DNA of 64,000 nucleotides from Escherichia coli (GTDB lineage Bacteria; Pseudomonadota; Gammaproteobacteria; Enterobacterales; Enterobacteriaceae): NCBI RefSeq assembly GCF_046105845.1, contig NZ_CP151004.1; one strand, 5' to 3'. Shown piece by piece: positions 56,476 to 64,000 of this stretch (position 1 is its first letter; each line of letters starts with the position of its first letter). The notes under the pieces were generated by a model. It saw only the letters and a program-made list of their open reading frames with translations, ran no database searches and was not told where the DNA came from. The position numbers and the translations under genes were made by a program.

Positions 56476-58614
56476 ATGACACCGCATGTGATGAAACGAG
56501 ACGGCTGCAAAGTGCCGTTTAAATCAGAGCGCATCAAAGAAGCGATTCTGCGTGCAGCTAAAGCAGCGGAAGTCGATGATGCCGATTATTGCGCCACTGT
56601 TGCCGCGGTTGTCAGCGAGCAGATGCAGGGCCGCAACCAGGTGGATATCAACGAGATCCAGACCGCAGTTGAAAACCAGCTGATGTCGGGTCCATACAAA
56701 CAACTGGCTCGTGCTTACATCGAGTACCGTCACGATCGCGACATTGAACGTGAAAAACGCGGTCGCCTGAACCAGGAGATCCGTGGCCTGGTCGAGCAGA
56801 CCAACTCCTCGTTGCTCAACGAAAACGCCAACAAAGACAGCAAGGTGATTCCAACCCAGCGCGACCTGCTGGCCGGGATCGTGGCTAAACACTATGCACG
56901 CCAGCACCTGCTGCCGCGTGACGTGGTGCAGGCACATGAACGTGGCGATATTCACTATCACGATCTCGATTACTCGCCGTTCTTCCCGATGTTCAACTGC
57001 ATGTTGATCGACCTGAAAGGCATGCTGACCCAAGGCTTTAAGATGGGGAACGCCGAGATTGAACCGCCGAAGTCGATCTCTACGGCAACCGCTGTAACTG
57101 CGCAGATTATTGCTCAGGTCGCCAGCCATATTTATGGCGGCACCACCATTAACCGTATCGATGAAGTGCTGGCACCGTTTGTCACCGCCAGCTACAACAA
57201 ACATCGCAAGACCGCAGAAGAGTGGAACATCCCGGACGCCGAAGGCTACGCTAACTCTCGTACCATCAAAGAGTGCTACGATGCCTTCCAGTCGCTGGAG
57301 TACGAAGTAAACACCCTGCACACCGCCAACGGTCAAACACCGTTTGTGACCTTTGGTTTTGGTCTGGGCACCAGCTGGGAGTCGCGCCTGATTCAGGAAT
57401 CTATCCTGCGTAATCGTATCGCAGGCCTCGGTAAAAACCGTAAAACTGCGGTGTTCCCGAAACTGGTGTTTGCGATTCGCGATGGCCTGAACCATAAAAA
57501 AGGCGATCCGAACTACGACATCAAACAGCTGGCGCTGGAGTGCGCAAGCAAGCGCATGTATCCGGATATCCTGAACTACGATCAGGTAGTGAAAGTCACC
57601 GGTTCGTTTAAAACCCCGATGGGCTGCCGCAGCTTCCTCGGCGTGTGGGAAAATGAAAACGGCGAGCAGATCCACGATGGTCGTAACAACCTCGGCGTGA
57701 TCAGCCTGAACCTGCCGCGTATTGCTCTGGAGGCAAAAGGCGATGAAGCCACCTTCTGGAAGCTGCTGGATGAACGTCTGGTGCTGGCACGTAAGGCGCT
57801 GATGACCCGTATCGCTCGTCTCGAAGGCGTGAAAGCGCGCGTGGCCCCGATCCTCTATATGGAAGGTGCTTGTGGCGTGCGTCTCAATGCTGACGATGAT
57901 GTTTCTGAAATCTTCAAAAACGGTCGTGCGTCTATTTCGCTGGGTTACATCGGCATCCACGAAACCATTAACGCGCTGTTCGGCGGCGAGCATGTTTACG
58001 ACAACGAGCAGCTTCGCGCGAAAGGTATCGCGATTGTTGAACGTCTGCGTCAGGCGGTGGATCAGTGGAAAGAAGAAACGGGTTATGGTTTCAGTCTCTA
58101 CAGCACGCCAAGTGAAAACCTGTGCGACCGCTTCTGCCGTCTCGATACCGCTGAGTTTGGCGTGGTGCCGGGCGTGACCGATAAAGGTTACTACACCAAC
58201 AGTTTCCACCTTGATGTGGAGAAAAAGGTGAACCCGTATGACAAGATCGACTTTGAAGCGCCTTACCCGCCGCTGGCGAACGGTGGTTTCATTTGCTACG
58301 GCGAGTATCCAAACATTCAGCACAACCTGAAGGCGCTGGAAGATGTCTGGGATTACAGCTATCAGCATGTACCGTATTACGGCACCAATACGCCGATCGA
58401 TGAGTGCTACGAGTGTGGCTTTACCGGCGAGTTTGAGTGCACCAGCAAAGGCTTCACTTGTCCGAAATGTGGTAACCATGACGCCTCCCGTGTGTCGGTG
58501 ACTCGCCGCGTGTGCGGATATTTAGGTAGCCCGGATGCACGTCCGTTTAACGCTGGTAAGCAGGAAGAAGTTAAGCGCCGCGTTAAACATTTGGGAAATG
58601 GGCAGATAGGTTAA
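56476..58614 (+). CDS. nrdD: Anaerobic ribonucleoside-triphosphate reductase NrdD, 712 aa
   Basis: N-terminal ATP-cone; C-terminal zinc ribbon CxxC...CxxC and glycyl-radical region. Confidence 0.97.
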   Translation: MTPHVMKRDGCKVPFKSERIKEAILRAAKAAEVDDADYCATVAAVVSEQMQGRNQVDINEIQTAVENQLMSGPYKQLARAYIEYRHDRDIEREKRGRLNQEIRGLVEQTNSSLLNENANKDSKVIPTQRDLLAGIVAKHYARQHLLPRDVVQAHERGDIHYHDLDYSPFFPMFNCMLIDLKGMLTQGFKMGNAEIEPPKSISTATAVTAQIIAQVASHIYGGTTINRIDEVLAPFVTASYNKHRKTAEEWNIPDAEGYANSRTIKECYDAFQSLEYEVNTLHTANGQTPFVTFGFGLGTSWESRLIQESILRNRIAGLGKNRKTAVFPKLVFAIRDGLNHKKGDPNYDIKQLALECASKRMYPDILNYDQVVKVTGSFKTPMGCRSFLGVWENENGEQIHDGRNNLGVISLNLPRIALEAKGDEATFWKLLDERLVLARKALMTRIARLEGVKARVAPILYMEGACGVRLNADDDVSEIFKNGRASISLGYIGIHETINALFGGEHVYDNEQLRAKGIAIVERLRQAVDQWKEETGYGFSLYSTPSENLCDRFCRLDTAEFGVVPGVTDKGYYTNSFHLDVEKKVNPYDKIDFEAPYPPLANGGFICYGEYPNIQHNLKALEDVWDYSYQHVPYYGTNTPIDECYECGFTGEFECTSKGFTCPKCGNHDASRVSVTRRVCGYLGSPDARPFNAGKQEEVKRRVKHLGNGQIG

Positions 58615-58621
58615 TCCTTCC

Positions 58622-58656
58622 ACCCTCACCCTAACCCTCTCCCTCAAGGGAGAGGG
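58622..58656. repeat. GC-rich hairpin intergenic repeat, copy 3
   Basis: CACCCTCACCCTAACCCTCTCCCTCAAGGGAGAGGG after nrdD. Confidence 0.6.
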
Positions 58657-58794
58657 TACCGTTCCGTGCCCCTTCCTGATTCCCGACATAATGAATTGCC
58701 TCTGGCCAGTTGGTGTCGTCGCAAGGTGGCCGTAGCATCGGGGGACTTCGCCCGTACGCACCAGAGCAGTCATGGCGTCAATTGAGAAGCGAAA

Positions 58795-59259
58795 ATGAAC
58801 TTTCATCAGTACTATCCTGTCGACATCGTCAACGGCCCCGGCACTCGCTGCACCCTGTTTGTCTCCGGGTGTGTTCATGAATGCCCCGGTTGCTATAACA
58901 AAAGCACATGGCGGGTAAATTCCGGTCAGCCATTTACCAAAGCAATGGAAGACCAGATCATTAACGATCTGAATGACACTCGCATCAAACGCCAGGGGAT
59001 TTCCCTCTCCGGCGGCGATCCGCTGCATCCGCAAAACGTGCCGGATATTCTGAAACTGGTACAACGCATCCGCGCCGAATGTCCGGGTAAAGACATTTGG
59101 GTGTGGACAGGCTATAAACTCGACGAACTCAACGCTGCGCAAATGCAGGTTGTTGATTTGATTAACGTACTGGTCGACGGCAAATTTGTGCAGGATTTAA
59201 AAGACCCTTCCCTGATCTGGCGCGGCAGCAGCAATCAGGTGGTGCATCATTTGCGATGA
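58795..59259 (+). CDS. nrdG: Anaerobic RNR activating enzyme NrdG (radical SAM), 154 aa
   Basis: CxxxCxxC-type cluster motif (GCVHECPGC). Confidence 0.95.
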   Translation: MNFHQYYPVDIVNGPGTRCTLFVSGCVHECPGCYNKSTWRVNSGQPFTKAMEDQIINDLNDTRIKRQGISLSGGDPLHPQNVPDILKLVQRIRAECPGKDIWVWTGYKLDELNAAQMQVVDLINVLVDGKFVQDLKDPSLIWRGSSNQVVHHLR

Positions 59260-59303
59260 TAAGTTCCCTGTTACCTGAGTGCAGGCAACAGGGAAATAAG
59301 GAA

Positions 59304-59693
<390 letters not shown>

Positions 59694-59872
59694 TCACTTC
59701 CTTTTTTATTTACACTTCATCCTTCACACTGCCTCATCGACGGCTACGCTCATTCGCCCGGGTCACGTACTGCGAGTACGCTCCCCGGCTCTCATTCACT
59801 TTTCGTCTCGATGCAGTGCGAATGATTTTGTGTAATTTTTTAGTTTATAGCGCGGCAGGTCGCGCCAGTTTT

Positions 59873-61225
59873 TTACTGCCCGGCGATTTTCATCTCCGGC
59901 AACAGCACAGAACCACACTGTATATTACTGCGTGTTTCAATATCGTTACCGACGGTGACAATATTGCGCCACATATCTTTTAAATTACCTGCGATGGTGA
60001 TTTCGCTCACCGGATACTGAATTTCGCCATTCTCTACCCAGAAGCCCGCTGCACCACGGGAATAATCACCGGTAATGGCACTCACGCCCTGGCCCATCAG
60101 CTCCGTCACCACCAGCCCTGTGCCCATCTCTTTGAGCATTTGTTCGAAGCTTAGCCCTTGTCCGGCAATCCGCCAGTTGTGAATACCGCCCGCATGTCCG
60201 GTGCTTTTCAGCCCCAGTTTCCGCGCCGAATAGCTGGTCAGCAGCCACTGAGTCAGGATGCCATCTTTAATAATATCGCGACGCTCGGTGCGCACACCTT
60301 CGCTGTCGAATGGCGTCGACGCCAGCCCTTTCAGCAGATGCGGATGCTCTTCAATGGTCAGCCAGTCCGGCAGAATTTGTTTACCCAGCGAATCCAGCAG
60401 GAAGGTAGATTTACGGTAAACCGATCCACCCGCTATCGCCCCCACCAGATGGCCAAAAAGCCCGGTTGCCACTTCATTGGCAAAAATGACCGGCGCTTTC
60501 ATGGTGGAGAGTTTACGCGGTGACAGGCGCGATAAAGTGCGGCGAGCACAGTCGGCCCCGACCCACTCTGGCGTTTGCAGATCGCTCATCGCACGACCAA
60601 TGGTGTAGGCGTAATCACGCTCCATATCGCCATTTTCTTCGGCAATTACACAGCTGGAGAGCGAATGACGCGTTGAGCAGTAACCCTGCAACATGCCGTG
60701 GCTGTTGCCAAAAACTTTGACACCGTAGTGGCTGTTAAAGCTGCCACCTTCGGTATTGGTGATGCGTTTATCCGCCTGCAATGCCGCCTGTTCAGCGCGG
60801 GCCGCCAGTTCAATGGCTTCATCCGGGGAAACTTCCGCAGGGTGGAACAAGTCGAGATCCGGTGCGTCAAAGGCCAGCAGCTCTTTGTCTGCCACGCCGG
60901 CACAGGGATCTGGCGAGGTATAACGGGCAATATCCAGCGCCGCCTGTACGGTGCGGGCAATGGCCTGCGGGCTTAAATCGGTAGACGATGCGCTACCTTT
61001 GCGGTTCTGGTGATAAACAGTGATCCCCAGCGCGCCATCGCTATTGAATTCAACATTCTCCACTTCACCATAACGCGTGCTTACGCTAATGCCGGTGGTC
61101 TTGCTGACGGCAACTTCCGCACCGTCCGATTTGCCTGAGGCCAACTCCAGCGCAGTGGAAACTGCTTCTTCCAGAATCTTGCGCTGCGCTTCAACTTGAG
61201 AGATTACTTTCATTGCAAGTGCCAT
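59873..61225 (-). CDS. pmbA: Metalloprotease PmbA (TldE), 450 aa
   Basis: Recognised; synteny. Confidence 0.9.
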
Positions 61226-61318
61226 AATGTAGAGAGTTTCTCTGAAGTCTAACAGAGAACCGTTTTTCAGTGCGCATCTTAACTGGTAACATTAGCCTCT
61301 TTTTTTAAGGAGCCTGAG

Positions 61319-61870
61319 ATGACTAAGCAGCCCGAAGACTGGCTCGACGACGTTCCCGGTGATGACATCGAAGACGAAGACGATGAAATTATCTGGGTCA
61401 GTAAAAGTGAAATTAAACGTGATGCCGAGGAGCTAAAACGCCTTGGCGCGGAAATTGTTGATCTGGGGAAAAACGCGCTGGATAAGATCCCGTTAGATGC
61501 GGATCTGCGCGCGGCTATTGAGCTCGCCCAGCGTATTAAGATGGAAGGTCGCCGCCGCCAGTTGCAGCTCATCGGTAAGATGCTGCGCCAGCGCGACGTA
61601 GAGCCTATTCGTCAGGCGCTGGATAAGCTGAAAAACCGTCACAACCAGCAGGTGGTACTGTTCCATAAACTGGAAAACCTGCGCGATCGTCTGATCGATC
61701 AAGGTGATGATGCCATCGCTGAAGTATTGAATCTGTGGCCCGATGCCGATCGTCAGCAGCTGCGTACTCTGATCCGCAACGCGAAGAAAGAGAAAGAAGG
61801 GAATAAGCCGCCGAAATCCGCACGCCAGATTTTCCAGTATCTGCGCGAACTGGCGGAGAATGAAGGGTAA
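61319..61870 (+). CDS. yjgA: Ribosome-associated protein YjgA/DarP (DUF615), 183 aa
   Basis: Recognised; divergent from pmbA. Confidence 0.9.
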
Positions 61871-61896
61871 TTTTCGTTGTTGATGTGAGTATGGTT

Positions 61897-61928
61897 TGCC
61901 GGATACGGTGTAAACGCCTTATCCGGCA
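61897..61928. repeat. REP element
   Basis: GCCGGATACGGTGTAAACGCCTTATCCGGC between yjgA and mpl. Confidence 0.6.
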
Positions 61929-61952
61929 ATGCTATATCAGGCTGAGGCCGAA

Positions 61953-63326
61953 TTACTGCGCAGCTTCCGCCTTCTTCGCCAGCCCATCCAGCAGTTTCTG
62001 ATGGATCCCACCAAAACCGCCGTTGCTCATCACCAGAATATGGTCGCCAGGCTGAGCGGTTTTCACCACCATATCTGCCAGCGTATCCACATCGCCGCTC
62101 CAGTGTGCAGGCTGAACGCAGGCTTCTGCCACTTCTGCCACCTGCCACGGAATATGCGACGGTTGCAGCAGGAAGACTTCATCGGCACGACCTAGTGACG
62201 GTGCCAAATCATCTTTGCAGATCCCCATTTTCATGGTATTCGAACGCGGCTCCAGCACAGCAATAATGCGCGCCGTACCACCAACTTTGCCACGCAGCGC
62301 CGCCAGCGTTGCCAGAATCGCAGTCGGGTGATGGGCGAAATCGTCATATACCGTCACGCCATTGGCTTCACCACGCAACTCCAGACGGCGACGAGCATTA
62401 ATAAACGAACCCAGCGCGTTAGCGGCATCTGCCGGCGCTACGCCAACATGGCGGGCCGCCGCAATCGCCATCAGGCCATTATGCATATTATGTTCGCCTA
62501 CCAGCGACCATTTCACTTCGCCCACTTTTTCGCCATCCAGCAAGACTTCCCATTCGGAAGCATCGGTGGTTAGCTTTTTCGCCTGCCAGTGACCCTGCTC
62601 GCCCACCAGCTCCTGCTCGCTCCAGCAGCCCATCGCCATGGTCTGTTTCAGGTTGATGTCGTTTTCCGGCCAGATAATACGGCCCTGCCCCGGAACGATA
62701 CGCACCAGATGGTGGAACTGTTTCTGGATCGCTTTCAGGTCGTCAAAGATATCGGCGTGATCGAACTCAAGGTTGTTGAGGATCAGCGTACGCGGGCAGT
62801 AATGGACAAATTTAGAGCGTTTGTCGAAAAAGGCGCAGTCGTACTCATCCGCTTCGATAACAAAGAAGTCGCTTTCGCCCAGACGCGCCGAGACCTCAAA
62901 GTTCCCCGGCACACCGCCGATCACAAATCCGGGTTTGTAACCGCACTGTTCCAGAATCCAGGTCGCCATTCCCGCCGTGGTGGTTTTGCCGTGTGTACCG
63001 GCGACGGCCAGCACCCAGCGGTCGCGCAGCACAAAATCGTGCAGCCACTGCGGACCTGACATATAAGGGATGTTTTTTTCCAGTACCGCTTCCACACACG
63101 GATTTCCACGGGTCATGGCGTTGCCAATAATCACCAGATCCGGCTGCGGGTCGAGCTGGCTGGCATCGTAACCCTGAATCAGTTCAATGCCTTGCTTCTC
63201 AAGTAAGGTGCTCATCGGCGGATACACATTGGCGTCCGAACCCGTTACTTCATGGCCTAACTGGCGCGCCAGCATCGCCAGACCGCCCATAAACGTGCCA
63301 CAAATTCCTAAAATATGAATGCGCAT
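61953..63326 (-). CDS. mpl: UDP-N-acetylmuramate:L-Ala-gamma-D-Glu-meso-DAP ligase Mpl, 457 aa
   Basis: Mur ligase motifs (GTHGKTTT). Confidence 0.95.
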   Translation of the reverse strand: MRIHILGICGTFMGGLAMLARQLGHEVTGSDANVYPPMSTLLEKQGIELIQGYDASQLDPQPDLVIIGNAMTRGNPCVEAVLEKNIPYMSGPQWLHDFVLRDRWVLAVAGTHGKTTTAGMATWILEQCGYKPGFVIGGVPGNFEVSARLGESDFFVIEADEYDCAFFDKRSKFVHYCPRTLILNNLEFDHADIFDDLKAIQKQFHHLVRIVPGQGRIIWPENDINLKQTMAMGCWSEQELVGEQGHWQAKKLTTDASEWEVLLDGEKVGEVKWSLVGEHNMHNGLMAIAAARHVGVAPADAANALGSFINARRRLELRGEANGVTVYDDFAHHPTAILATLAALRGKVGGTARIIAVLEPRSNTMKMGICKDDLAPSLGRADEVFLLQPSHIPWQVAEVAEACVQPAHWSGDVDTLADMVVKTAQPGDHILVMSNGGFGGIHQKLLDGLAKKAEAAQ

Positions 63327-63501
63327 ACGTCACTATCCTTTTTTAATCTGCCGCTCATTTTACGCATATGTCGGGCAAGTGAGAAACGCATTTCAGGATA
63401 ATCCGTAATTTGCTGGCGCGATTCACCTGAGCGCAACATTGAGATTATTTGTTAAGATTGTTGCGGTCGCTTTACTCCATAAACATTGCAGGGAAAGTTT
63501 T

Positions 63502-64000
63502 ATGAAAACGTTAGGTGAATTTATTGTCGAAAAGCAGCACGAGTTTTCTCATGCTACCGGTGAGCTCACTGCTTTGCTGTCGGCAATAAAACTGGGCGCC
63601 AAGATTATCCATCGCGATATCAACAAAGCAGGACTGGTTGATATCCTGGGTGCCAGCGGTGCTGAGAATGTGCAGGGCGAGGTTCAGCAGAAACTCGACT
63701 TGTTCGCTAATGAAAAACTGAAAGCCGCACTGAAAGCACGCGATATCGTTGCAGGCATTGCCTCTGAAGAAGAAGATGAGATTGTCGTCTTTGAAGGCTG
63801 TGAACACGCAAAATACGTGGTGCTGATGGACCCCCTGGATGGCTCGTCCAACATCGATGTTAACGTCTCTGTCGGTACCATTTTCTCCATCTACCGCCGC
63901 GTTACGCCTGTTGGCACGCCGGTAACGGAAGAAGATTTCCTCCAGCCTGGTAACAAACAGGTTGCGGCAGGTTACGTGGTATACGGCTCCTCTACCATGC
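63502..64000 (+). CDS. fbp: Fructose-1,6-bisphosphatase class 1 Fbp, 5' part (gene runs off the window end)
   Basis: [15 protein letters not shown]... N-terminus; truncated by the window. Confidence 0.9.

Noticed and set aside
56524-58479. 651-aa minus-strand ORF
   Set aside because: Entirely antisense to nrdD; no recognisable domain; an artefact of an open antisense frame.

Overview
Escherichia coli-type chromosomal segment, reverse-oriented relative to the K-12 map: fimS-fimE-fimB, nanCMS, leuX, ahr, idnKDOTR, yjgR, lptGF, pepA, holC, valS, yjgN, yjgM, rraB, argI, yjgL, tabA, bdcRA, yjgH, pyrLBI, ridA, mgtA, treRBC, nrdDG, cybC, pmbA, yjgA, mpl and the start of fbp. All gene identities are from recognition of the translated ORFs and motifs; no database search was run. 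The accessory region is about 6.5-22.8 kb, between nanS and tRNA-Leu (leuX). It holds (i) an HNH-nuclease protein, (ii) an intact ~1170-aa SF1-helicase/PLD-nuclease fusion with Mokosh type II-like architecture, and (iii) an ~11 kb leuX-integrated island bounded by an 18-bp direct repeat of the tRNA 3' end. The island carries a frameshifted P4-type integrase, an IS3-family element inserted beside a decayed Mrr-like nuclease gene, and a tightly coupled three-gene operon (13928-21018) in which all three proteins have SAM-methyltransferase motifs. That operon is the best candidate for an undescribed or atypical restriction-modification-like defence system. The rest of the window is conserved core genome with known leader peptides (pyrL, mgtL), REP elements and a recurring GC-rich hairpin repeat.
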